64,000 nt of DNA from Parasitella parasitica NRRL 2501. Taxonomy: Eukaryota > Fungi > Mucoromycota. Below the pieces are notes generated by a model, which worked only from the letters and a program-made list of their open reading frames with translations, made no database searches and had not been told where the DNA came from. A program made the position numbers and the translations under genes. The stretch covers positions 16,833 through 80,832 of the forward strand of contig MU619288.1 in NCBI GenBank assembly GCA_025201805.1. Reading direction: 5' to 3'. Each line of letters begins with the position of its first letter. Within the stretch, counting starts at the first letter, position 1. This document shows, piece after piece, positions 39,163-51,010 of this stretch.

Positions 39163-40442
39163 TTATTTTTTGTAAACTTGGCCGCTTTGATCTTCCTGAA
39201 CTGTTTCTGAGACATCACCATAAAGGTCAAATCTACGCTGATGATAAAGAGGGATGTGTTGGCGGGTACTCTTGATCAATTCGGGGTCTATTTTTGTTAC
39301 ATGTTAATTCATGTATATTATCGATTTGGGTATTTCTCACCGATATCAGCATAAATAATAGTTTCCTTCTCATCACAGCTAACAACAACATTTCCCTTTG
39401 GATCAACAACGGTGGAGTGTCCCCAAGCTACATAATCAGCATCTTTATCACGAGCTGGAGCACAAGCAGCAACATACATTTGGTTATCAACAGCTCTAGG
39501 CGAAAAGATATGAATTCCAAATTGATATCATGGCGTTTTTTTTTTTTAGTGTTTCACCTTGCACGCTGCAATAATTCCCAGTGCAAGGGCCCTGTTGTCA
39601 TGTTGAATGCACCAGGATAAATCATTGCCATGCAGCCTTTACGAGCAGCAATAGTAGCCATCTCAGGAAATCTCATGTCATAGCAAATGCCAACGCCCAA
39701 TTTACCGTATTCTACCATATTGTGCATGTAAGTTTTAGTCGTGTTTTACTCGAGCATTTCATACTTGTATCGATATGAGTAAGCCAGTCGCCTCTAGTTA
39801 GTACATCACTTTCCTGTTAAATACAATGAGCGTGTTTTAGAGGGCAAGGATTTTTTGCATCATAAATACCTTGAAAGTAACCCCTCCAGGAATATCGATG
39901 TCAAAAAGATGAACCTTGCGATGCTTTGCAATCATGTTTCCTGAAGGATCGTAGGCCGTCAGCGTATTAAAGATTTTTCCGGCCGTTCCTCTCTCAGGGA
40001 TTGAACCTTTGTAAAAGCATTAATTCTAGTGATTTCGTGCAAGACTTGGCACACACATTACCACCAATAAGGTATACATTGGCTTCCTACATGCAATCAG
40101 GTTAATGTCATTCATATTTCAAATTTTAATATGCTAATACCTTCGCGGCAGCAGACAACATGCTAGTTGAGTCTCCTCCCTCCAAAGGCTCGGCGTATTC
40201 GGGAAAAAATTTTGTGCCATAGGGTGAGTTGAAGCATTCCTGCAGTAATGTAAAATCAGTAATGCATTGAAAAATAGCGCTTTATTACACACAGGCAACA
40301 CAACAACTTGGGCGCCATTTTTAGAAGCTTCCATAATCTTTTCGTGGGTATGCCTCAAGTTTTTGGATTTATCAGCACCAGCGCCGATTTGAATAAGGGC
40401 AAGCTTGAATGGAGAGCATGCGGACAAAACAGCTTCAGACAT
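39163..40442 (-). CDS. Nitrilase-family omega-amidase (NIT2/Nit3-like), multi-exon
   Basis: FKLALIQ...[13 protein letters not shown]...GGSIPE...[17 protein letters not shown]...ICYDMRFPE...[14 protein letters not shown]; E-K-C triad; alternative upstream ATG at 40466. Confidence 0.93.
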
Positions 40443-42049
40443 TTTTCTTGAGAAATTCAAGGACATGAGAAAGTCGTGAAAGAGAAGAATAAAACAAGTT
40501 GTATTGGAGACCGGAAGAGCGGAGATGGTGCACAAAGATCTTCCACCTTATCCAATGTGCAGGATTTTGGTCTTAATGGGTACGCTTGGAATTTTTTTTG
40601 TCAGGTTTGATCACGGCAAGTAAAGCAACCACTCTTTTTATGTTGTCAAAAGACATTTTTGTTTTGTCTTTATTCTGAAAGGAGTCAGATGTTTCCAATA
40701 ATAAAATCTCCCAAACCACACTGTATCATTTAATTACCCCTGGCCGCGATAAATGTGCCTCCAGCAACAGTTACCTTATCTCGTTCTCTGCGAAGTCTAC
40801 CTACTTCTACTGCTTATAGCATTGCTATTGATACTCTATGTCTTTGTCCAAAGCTATTTCTGAACTTTGTTGCTCTCCTCGTTTAAGCCGTCGTTTTCTA
40901 GCATTGATCCAACAGAATGTCATCCATCTCCAAACTTTTTTTTTGTCCGAGCTTTCATCCCCTCAGAACTGGCTAGCGTAGGTCTCAACCCTTTTACTCG
41001 GGTTGATTACAGGCTGGTCAATGTGGATCTCTTTGTACGACTTTTATTATTCTCCTTTCCAATTCGACCTTAGTCTCTGCTATACTCTATGGCCAATTTT
41101 GAACTCGTTATCAAAATCAATTCAGAAGACCAAGTTTTCATTGGGTGAAAAGAGATTAAAAGCTGTATCACCATGGTTAAATTGCCACAGATTTACATCA
41201 AAAAAATCAAGTCATATGCAAATCAATAGTTCACCAACTAGATCAGATAGCAGTAGTTAAATAATTAGGGCATATATATCGCTTGTCCTTTTGAAGCAAG
41301 AGAAATTGTCACAAGCTAAATCAAATTGACCTAAATAATAGTTCTTTCTTCATTTTGAATTCTAGACAACTTCTTTTATATTTTTATACTGAAACTATGG
41401 CAAATACTTTTTTTACGAGAACTTCAATCATTCAAAGAAGAAGTGTAACTACTCAGACAAGAAGTGCAGCTGCTATGGAAATAAGACAAATAAGAAAAAT
41501 ACAGAATATTTTATTATTTATTGTGTGATTGAGAATTCCATAAAAATGAGGGGAATAGGTAAGTCTTATTTATATTAAATTGAGAGTAAATAAATGTTGT
41601 TACTGCTATGAATATAATTGATATCTTTGTCATTATTTATTCTTGTTCTGAATGATTATTGTGTAAGGGAAAGCGCTTTGATCAGGAGTGTTTTCCTTCA
41701 CACGACATTCATTGCTAAGGTCTTAAATTGTATTTGTAATGTGTTTTGATTTATATGACTTTATACGTTATGCGAACTCGAATGGCATGAATTGACTCTG
41801 CGTGACATTTGAGTCTTATTTTTTCAGTTATGCGCTTTTAGCTATACTATTTCATTGCAAAGGGCAAAATAGTAAATTATTTTGGACTAGGTCAGAGAGG
41901 AGAGAGTGCTGCTTTCATGTTCAGACATAACTAAATAATTTCACTCGACGCATTACTAAATAAGAGCATTATATGAAAGCAAAGGTTTATGTGCTAGCTT
42001 ATTTAGAATACAGAATTTACAAAGTTATAAAGTGCTTATAGCTGAATGA

Positions 42050-44190
42050 CAAAGTTAACCTATTCATCATCAAGCTTCAGCAGGGTTACAGTCGGTTCAA
42101 ATTTTTTGTAGTTATCGCTGTAAAGATACGGCTTTTCAACATCAGAAGTTGAAGCAATACTTTTGGCCATCAATTTCTAATGAAATTAAAGGCTTAATCT
42201 AACCCATTTCCACCTTAACTATAATCCCTATTTTTTTTCCTTACCTTGAAATGAACTAAAGATTCTAATGAAAGTGACATGTGGCTAAAAGTTTTGGGGA
42301 AAGTGGGAAGAATCGAGTTTTTCAAAAGCCGAAAGGTATACTTTTTTGCGTTGTCAATTCCATCTCTGCTTGCCGCTGTTGATTCTTGAGGCCTATACTC
42401 ATGGATAAAATATTCAATATCATTGCCTATTTGTAGAAGTGTCAATATAGGGCAAACCTATATAATAGAAAAAAAAATCAGCATTTACTTGCAATCATAA
42501 TGGCAAAGGTATTTAACTCTTTTTCACTCTTTGCAGCTAAAATCCTTTTATGAAGCATTTTTTTGCTGATCTCCGCAAGTCGGATTCGATCTGCTTCAAC
42601 TATGTGTTTTACACAACAAAAACATTGTCAGTAATATAACAGCTTACCAATAAACAACTAATTTATCATTCACATCAAAGCAGCATTCACAAATGGGACT
42701 ACATATTTGATTTTGAAGTTGTTCTCCATGTTTTTTAATTCCTCAAGTGCTTCATAGTACCAGTAGTTATATTGGCAAACGTCGCTTTCTTTACAGTTGT
42801 TAAAAAGGCTACATATCATCAAAAAAGAAGAATGGGTCATTATACATTTAATCAATGTTCCAACGTTTTAAATATTTTGCAAAGAAAATATTTTACCATG
42901 TGTTAAGCAGAGAAACAATGTTGATATACTCAATTTTGGTCGGTAAAAGAAGCATGTCCTTCGTGTGGTATTCAACAGCCTATAAATATACGTAACCAAA
43001 CTCTTTTTAGTTTACTTATTTATTACTGTAGCAAAGTGCGGCTTACGCGGGTAAACTTATTTATCATATTTGTAACATCATTATCCAATGCGTCAGGTAA
43101 AAATCAACTATCGTTGGTGCTGTTCGCAAAAGCGATACCAGATATGTTCCTAAAAAATAGTAAATGTTTATTAGCCATCATTTTGCAGCATAAGAATCGG
43201 TGTGTCAATAAAATGTTCCTTACAATCTTTCAACAATTGGTAAATTGCTTGATATGTATGCCATATTAAAGAGGTTTTCTTCATTGATTGGAGATAGTTC
43301 ATCGAAGCTAGTGATGTAGGCGAGAATTGGACTATCGCTCTTCTCAACAGAGCCACTTTGATATTCGTACGTTCCACCAGAAGTTGTTGTTATAAAAGAA
43401 GTGTCTAATTGAGAAAAAGAAAAATGTTACTTACAAATGACACTACTTAGAACAGTTGGAGATTGACCAAACCATTATCCTCTTCTTCTAATGGTGCCGG
43501 TGACACTGTTTTTGCTTTTGTTCTTCTTTTGCCTTCTTCTTCTACTGCTCTTTCTTTGCCTTTTCCTCTTTTTCTTCCCGTTTCTTGAGATATTTGGGTT
43601 TGTAAATCGGCTTGGATTTCGGAGAAGCCTTTTTCAGCGGCAAGGTAGGCAATCATTTTTCCATTATGGAGCATCTTGGCATTTTCTTCTTTTACTTCTT
43701 CCTGTCTTCTGATTCTCTCTCCTTCTTTTCGCTTTACTTCTCTTGCTTTGGCATACTGGAATAAAAAATTGCCTTTTATCGTTGGGCTTGGTAAATATGC
43801 TTTCGTACTCCTGCAATAATCCATGAGTAGCTTTGCTTGTGAGACCACTATGATTAAATCATTAATCTAAACCAGGCGATCAGCGCCACTTTTCTTTTGC
43901 TGTTTTTTGTTTTCATCAATCAGTTTTAGCTCGCTGAGATCATCGAGAGTACTAAGCATAGTATTGAATAAATCATTTCCTTTCAAGTTATAATCCTCAA
44001 CTTGTTCGAAGTATTGATTAACAAGAAAATTTATATTATTCCAATTTTTTACTTCCCCAGTCAACACTCCTTCATATATTCCTAATGCTTCTCTGAGGTG
44101 AGGCGAAATTACTGTGCATCCTTTGAGAGAGTTTAATTTAGGCTTTTTTGGCAGCTTCATTTTAAGTTTCTCGAATGCGCGCGAAACCAT
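42050..44190 (-). pseudogene. Multi-exon lineage-specific hypothetical gene, degenerate; possibly mobile-element-associated nuclease-fold family
   Basis: Chain of same-strand ORFs (43867-44190, 43447-43848, 43171-43377, 42670-42855, 42215-42445) with splice-like junctions plus internal stops/frameshifts; ends ...PTVTLLKLDDE*. Confidence 0.5.
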
Positions 44191-44249
44191 CAGTTAAGAA
44201 TTACAAAACCTGGGTCCAAAGGCACTGTAACTTGTTGAAGCAAAGAAAT

Positions 44250-44590
44250 CTCTCCATTCGGGGAGCTGGACTTGTGGCTAACTCGTTGCTTTTGGTTGTC
44301 CAAGGTTTATTATGTGTTGTGTCTTGTTCCTGGTGGCCCTGCTACTGAGTCGTGGGTGATGGCTCTCAAGAAAGTAGTTCGGGAGTATTTGGTGTCGTTT
44401 CGTCCTGGTGTTGCTTGGTCAACTTTATATCTTCCTCGCAAATTTGGTGGTGTTGGTTAGGTGGATATAACAGATCAGAGCTTGGCTCTGTATCTTGTCT
44501 ATTTGCAACGCCTGTTGCGTCCACCTTCTCATTCTAATTTTGTCACTGCTTGGTTGGTTTACGCTTTCCAAGTACCGGTATACCACGCCA
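44250..44590 (+). mobile_element. L1/Tx1 non-LTR ORF2 fragment (post-RT region)
   Basis: LSKVYYVL...LKKVVREYLVSFRPGVAWSTLYLPRKFGGVG*VDITDQSLAL, matching the W..LC.P...GGLG motif downstream of the RT domain. Confidence 0.8.
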
Positions 44591-45233
44591 GCAAGTTTAA
44601 TAATTAACCTTTTGCCTCAATATCATTCTTTTTCTTTTTACTATTTTTACAAAAAAACAAAACAAAAAAAAAACTTGATTACAACATTAACACGCTTATG
44701 AGCGATATGCATATTCAAAAGGGAGGAGAGGAATCAGCTAAAGAGGTTTATGTTAACTTACATCAAAAGCACAGAGGAACCGCCGAAGAAAACGTCAGTA
44801 CAGCAATTGAGTGTGACGAAGAGCTAGCTGATGAGTAGCTAATTGTTTCTTTCTCAATTTTAAGTAATAGGTACCAAAAAAAATTTCCAAGCGTACCAAC
44901 TAAGACTAAAATCCTATAGCAACAAAATTAATGCAAAAATAGCTATCCAACCTGTATTCTCTTATCTTGAAAGTAAAGCATGACTGCCACCGATATCAGT
45001 AATAGCAAAAATAATCGCAGAAACTGCAAAATTGTATTTACCAATATGCATAAACTAAAAATGAACGACCTTGAAATGCATTATGTAATTCATTCTTGAT
45101 GAAAACTGTTCACAGCAGGATATGATTGGCTCCAGTTGGGAGAGAGAGGTCATCACTGCATGATTCAATTTAAGAGATACCACTCTTCTCTTCTCTTTTA
45201 GTTTTTTTTTTTTTTTTTTTTTCTCATTCTCAA

Positions 45234-47913
45234 ATGCAAAAATACGATGACCGTTTAACATTCCTTTTACCGAGACCTGTTTGGGTCAACGACATGGATG
45301 TTACTTACTGCTCTTCTTGTAATAACGCTTTTGGGCCATTAAAAAGAAGGGTAAGGAGGAGCTATAAAAAACGTATCTATTTTAACAAAATCTCATCTAC
45401 TTTGTACAGCATCACTGTAGAAACTGGTAAATCATGATTGCGTTATATACTGACAACTAGCAGCTAATATTATTTGCGACAAGCGGAAACATATTCTGTC
45501 ATGATTGCTCAACTCGCAAGGTTCCCTTACCTCAACTCGGCTATGGCACAAAACCAGTTCGAGTTTGCAACGGATGTTTCGATGTTGCTTACCTTGTAAC
45601 TTATGCTATTGATGAAGATCATGGATTAAGCACTCAGGTAATGCTACGTCGATTAATCATATATACTGGTATTCATATCAACGTTTATAACATGCTACCA
45701 TAGATGCACGGTGTGCGAGGGTTATTAGAACTAACCGAAAAGGATGATGGTAACAAACTCCAAAAATCAAGGGGAAATTTCGTTTCACTCAACGTTGATA
45801 ACTAATAGAAAAAGATTTACACAACATGGTGGCATATGGTGGTGTTGATGCTCTTATTTGGCTGTGTCGCTCATCAAAAAGCATCCAACTCCATCATTTG
45901 ACTACGACTATTTTAGCCATGCTGGCAGAAAAAGGTTCGAAAAAAAAAAAAAAGAATGCAACACCAAGCTATTAAATTTACTGACATTTCCCAATGTAGA
46001 GTCAATCCGACCTGTAATTATCACCAAATGGGCTCTACCCCCATTACTATTCCTAATTCGATATTATACCAATGTTGAATCATCTCTAAGGAACAAGAAA
46101 TCACCTGCAAATTCAACTCACTTAAGCATCAAGACACCCAGTCTAACCAGCAACCCATCGTCCATCTCTGCTGCAGACGAATCCACTGCTACCAGCCCAG
46201 TTGAATCTCGTCAAAGCATCATCTTGGAAATTGTAATCAACTGCACACACATTTTGTATCAACTTTCGAGGGCTGGCATTCTTAGCTTAAAAGAAGTAGT
46301 TTCAGATGGTGTGTTCGATACACTGTTCATGCTGGCTTCTTTTAATATCCATAATTTACAATTGGAAAAGGGTACTTGCTCTGACGAAATTCCTTCAACA
46401 GTAGAGGACGAGCAGCAAGTGCTGGATAGAGTTGTTATCATACAAAATCTTGCTGCAAAGGCGATATCTGCGATTAGTTCACTGGTTTCATTTCAAGCGG
46501 ATATTATAGAATTAATCCAAAAAACAAATCATTTATCAAGTTTGCTGAGATACTCTAATGACGAAGTTTGCAAATACATGGCAAAGACTGTAGCTTATTT
46601 GTCACTTCGCAATGGTAAGGAGGACAAGTTCAATAACTGGGGCTTTTTTTTTTTTTACCAACTTTTGACTATTTTGCGTCTTCACAGATAAATACAAACC
46701 TGTTCTTTTGTGTGGTGATGGGGCCAAGTCCCTTGTTTCAATTCTTGTAGTCTTACCGCAGAAAATCAATGGCAGCAGCAAAGGAAAAACAAGAGCTGCT
46801 GACCTAGCGTATTATTTATCAAAGAATGTAGCAGATGTTGAAAAGTTTGATGATGATAAAAGAAAGGAGCAAGAAGGCAAATCTCAAATACAGGCCTTGA
46901 ATCCAGCAGCAGTTTCACATGCATGTTGTGCATTGGTAACGTGCAACAAGTTGTCAATCTGATACGGTCTTGACTTATTCTTTACTTTAGGCAAACTTCG
47001 CTACAAATAGTGAGTTTTGTTTTGTATCAGCATGAGCGAAACATTAATAATGTATCATTTTAGATGAATCACAAATTAACTTGATGTCGCAGCCTCACCT
47101 CCTTGAGTATATATGTAATGTGTGCCATGTTTTTCCGCAAAACATTGAAATACATCGTCATGTAGCTCGTTGCCTCGCAAATCTAGCTCTCTATGGTATT
47201 CTTTTCATTTGGATTTTTTTTTTCAACTATTTTATTAATCACGAAATTAGAGGAAAATAACGAAGCCATGCTTACAAATGTCAAAAAATCAGGTGAAAAT
47301 CAAAAAGATTGCTTTAATGTGCTTCCCACACTGTTGTTTGTGGGGAAAGACTCAAAACCTGGAGTGCAACGTCATATCGTACGAGCAATTGATAATCTTA
47401 ACAGTAACGGTAAGTTCTTGAAGAAGGAATTGATACTGAAAATTATTAATATGTTCTCTAGTGCCGATCAACTCGTCTGCTGATCATTGGCTTGAACTTT
47501 TCGATGACGCTTATGCATATATCAAGCAGGTTTTATTGATGCAGGAAGGAGATGAGGATAATACCATAGATGTTGATACTGTCAAAAGAGCAAATAGTAT
47601 TCTCTCAAGAAAAATCCCTGAAACTACAGCAGCCAAGACTATTGTTGCTGATGAGGAGATAGCAAACGATATCACCAAGGAAGACACATGCATATCTAAG
47701 GATTTAGAAAAAGACATTAATTACTCTCCCCCTCCTACTGCGGAGTCCGTTACAACAACTAGCACGACAACTACCACGACAACAGAGGCTTTTGAAAAAC
47801 CATTGAATGAAAATGATGAGGAGGATCAAGAGGATGTTGACGGAAGCGACGAGACTATTAAAAAGGCTCCTAAACCTTCCAAAAATAAGAGGAAATCAAA
47901 GAAAAATAAATAA
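45234..47913 (+). CDS. FYVE zinc finger plus armadillo-repeat protein, many exons
   Basis: WVND...CSSC...RRHHCRNCGNIFCHDC...VRVCNGC FYVE motif; ARM-like repeats (GGVDALIWL, HACCALANFA, RHVARCLANL); acidic tail ending in a basic cluster. Confidence 0.88.
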
Positions 47914-48619
47914 GGGGAAATACTAAGGTATGAAGCAATCCTTTTCGCCCGAATCTTCATCTGAGCATTAGTACTTGATGGTATTCTGCAGAAACTCGGT
48001 CCACTAAGGTATATTGGACGACCTAATTTTGAATATACTGCATGATTTAGAAAAGTTTAGATAAGCCAAAAAAATAATTGCGTCTACATAAACTAATTCT
48101 TAAAAATAATTGAAAAAGTATCGTCGCATACAGAATCTGAGCCTGCGCAGGCATAACCCATTTCTAGTCATACTTCTTAATCACTCAAACAAAGCAACTT
48201 TGTATATTCTGTTACAATTGTAAATTGATTTTGTGGTGCCAATTGATCATCCGCACGTGATCGAAGTTTGAGCCAATGGAAGCCATGTTCCTGAATTTGA
48301 TGTTGCATACTGGGAACGTCTCACCTTAGATATATATAAATATAGAATTATGCTTTGTATTTCAACTAAAGCGAGCTTTCTTACGTTTAAATTCTGTAAT
48401 ATATACTTACTTGCTATTCTATCGCTGAGATACTATACCATCTTAGTTATTCGACAGAATATACACTTAGACAACAGCAAAACAGTCGAATTAGTCTCGC
48501 ACTTGACCTGTTTACTGCAAGATCTTTCCATAACATCGCTACAAATTTCACAAAACCCGCACCGCAGGGTATCAATTTTGATACGTACCGTGAGCTATGA
48601 TGTTCAGATTACCAAAAAA

Positions 48620-48790
48620 GGAAGCATCTGATTTGAGAGGATACACAAGAAGTAGTCTGTCCAAGAACTCGGTACCTGAGATATCAAAAGTAGAAGTTGA
48701 TCTTCAAATAAAACATTAAGCTTTTCTTTCGTAATTGCCTTTACTGTTTGTTGCCTGCTGCCATTAGCAGAACAGATCATAAACATAGGA
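48620..48790 (-). pseudogene. Short remnant of a hypothetical/TE-associated gene
   Basis: KAITKEKLNVLFEDQLLLLISQVPSSWTD isolated in AT-rich intergenic DNA. Confidence 0.2.
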
Positions 48791-49460
48791 ACTCATCAGG
48801 AACAACTACTCAAATCAACTGCGAATATCTTTTGTAAAAACATTCTGTCTCGGGAATTCGAACTTGGGAGAACAACTTGCTTCATCAAAAAAAAAAAAAA
48901 AAAACTCATTTCACAACTTACCAGCACAAACGTAGCAATTTTGTTAACAGTAAACTCTAGTAGTAGATAATTAATGAATACAATACAGAGTAAAACACAT
49001 GACATAAATCTATTATGTAATGTTCGGATGAGTGTTGAGTAAGGTATGAGACTTTGATCACTAGAATAATGATGATATTTTATTTAATAAAATTCATGTT
49101 ATATTTATACTAATTTTAAACTGATTTTAGAAGTTGCTGTTGTGGCAGATCTTGAAAATAGCACAGCAGGTGATTTTATATGATAAAAGAATATAAGAAA
49201 GTGTAATAAAAACTTTATTTACCAGATACAAAACTATTAATTTATTGATTGATAAAAAGCTATTTATTGGCATTTATTAATATGCAATATTATTAAGAGC
49301 AAGACATATCGATATTCACACAATTATATTATTATTGTAAATATTTGAGTTATTCATGAATAAGTTTATAGTTAACTTCATAATTTAGAATACGTGAAAC
49401 ATGATTTCTTTTTCGCTTTACGCTTGATTTTATTTATCATGAACTTTTAAATCTTCGGTG

Positions 49461-49492
49461 CGATCAGGAACGGCTGCTATGACAACAGAGTT
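49461..49492. repeat. Dispersed repeat copy B (matches 20755-20786)
   Basis: 28 of 31 nt identical by eye; downstream sequence also resembles 20674-20745. Confidence 0.75.
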
Positions 49493-49779
49493 CAAATGAT
49501 AATTATCATTGTATTCAATGGAACAACAATATCATTATTCGATAATACGATTTCAAAAGAGATGCCTCCAACTAATGATGGGGAGGGTATTACTTGCACA
49601 TGTTTCTCGGTTTCCTAGGGGGGGGGGATTTCCCCTACTTTCTCTATCCATTTATTTTATATATTTACTTTAACATACAGTCTTTACATACGCAACAGCT
49701 AGGATTGTTTTGCTCATATATTCTGACTCAAACACAACACAACTTATTACATCGAATTCTGGTATCGCTCGACACTGAA

Positions 49780-50100
49780 TCCAACTTTACCAGATGAGAT
49801 ATGTGGCGGACGCAGGTCGATTAAAAGCTCATTATAAAACCGCTCCAGTTGCTGGATGCATGGCAATATTCTGCATGAGCTGAAGAATCTGCTTTGTAAA
49901 TAGTTCATCTTTCGGAATGGTCTGTGCCGGCTGTTGCGGAAATCTATCATAGGACCGAAGTGAGTAAGTGGAGAACTGGGAAATGTGCTAAATTATTGGG
50001 CGCTGATCCCAGCCAGTAGGTACCTGGGTGGGAGGTTCGGGATGTAAGTCCTAAACATATCCGACAACATTGGTAAATCCAACAGTGGTCAGGTTTTGGA
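49780..50100 (+). mobile_element. Possible L1-like ORF2 remnant
   Basis: HGNILHELKNLL and EVRDVSPKHIRQHW* segments; degenerate. Confidence 0.3.
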
Positions 50101-50798
50101 TTTGTTGGGCAAAAATATTTACATCTACTAAATCTCGAGTAAATCTGCGGCCGAACTAAAATTCTATATCTTGCCCAAGATAGTTAGAGTTGAAGTAAAA
50201 TGGAATATTTTCAATTAGCATATACCATTACAAAATACAGCCAAACTTGACAAGTTGTGTTTTTAATCTATTTAGCCGTATGGACCTTCAGTGAGATCGT
50301 GATTTTTTTTAATAAGCGGTGGAAATACATCAGAAAGAGTATATACGAGGTTTGGGAAATCATTTGGCGTCGCTCCGAGGACTTGAATCGGGTGGTAGAA
50401 AGAGAGTACAGATTTTAGTCTTCAAGCAGCAATTCGGGGGTATTTCTACTGATCTAATGCACTTTTAGCACCAACAGGCCAAGGGCTTTCTAAAGGCTCA
50501 AGTTGATGTAAATATTACCAAACTGCTTTGGATGTTGCACACTGAGTTTATTAATGATCTTGCCATGGCAATGTCCAAGCTATGATGAAAGAGTACTAGG
50601 GGTCAATAGATTTCGGCACTTTATAATGCACGGAAAATTTTTTTTTGTCAAGAGCCTTAAAAATAGGATATGCAGTGCAACAATTGAGCCTTTCAATATA
50701 TAATAGTCATACTGATAGGCGTACTATTTTATGGATAAATAATAGCCATATGGTTCAAATTACATTGCGACATTAGAATATTAATCTTCATAATTGTC

Positions 50799-50842
50799 GC
50801 ACGTGCATTACGAGTATTATTCACCCGCAAGTACCGCACGTG
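50799..50842. promoter_or_regulatory. Two CGCACGTG E-boxes (Pho4/NUC-1-type bHLH sites) upstream of GDE1
   Basis: CACGTG at 50800-50805 and 50837-50842, about 170-210 nt before the ATG of an SPX-domain phosphodiesterase. Confidence 0.6.
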
Positions 50843-51010
50843 AAGAAACAAGAAGCTTTTCAGGTACTTTGTGTTGGCATGATAATGTGCTTCGGTCGTC
50901 CAATTTCCGACTTGTCTGATTAGCGTTTAAATTCATTATGATTCCTTCTGTTTCCTTTCCCTTTTCCTTTTTTTTCCTTTTAAACTTTCTCTCTCGCAGT
51001 TGCATTCTAG

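Noticed and set aside
50280-50620. Coding-like stretch examined as a second Fanzor remnant
   Set aside because: No convincing DE.RTS..C..C or RD.NAA motif in the frames I checked.
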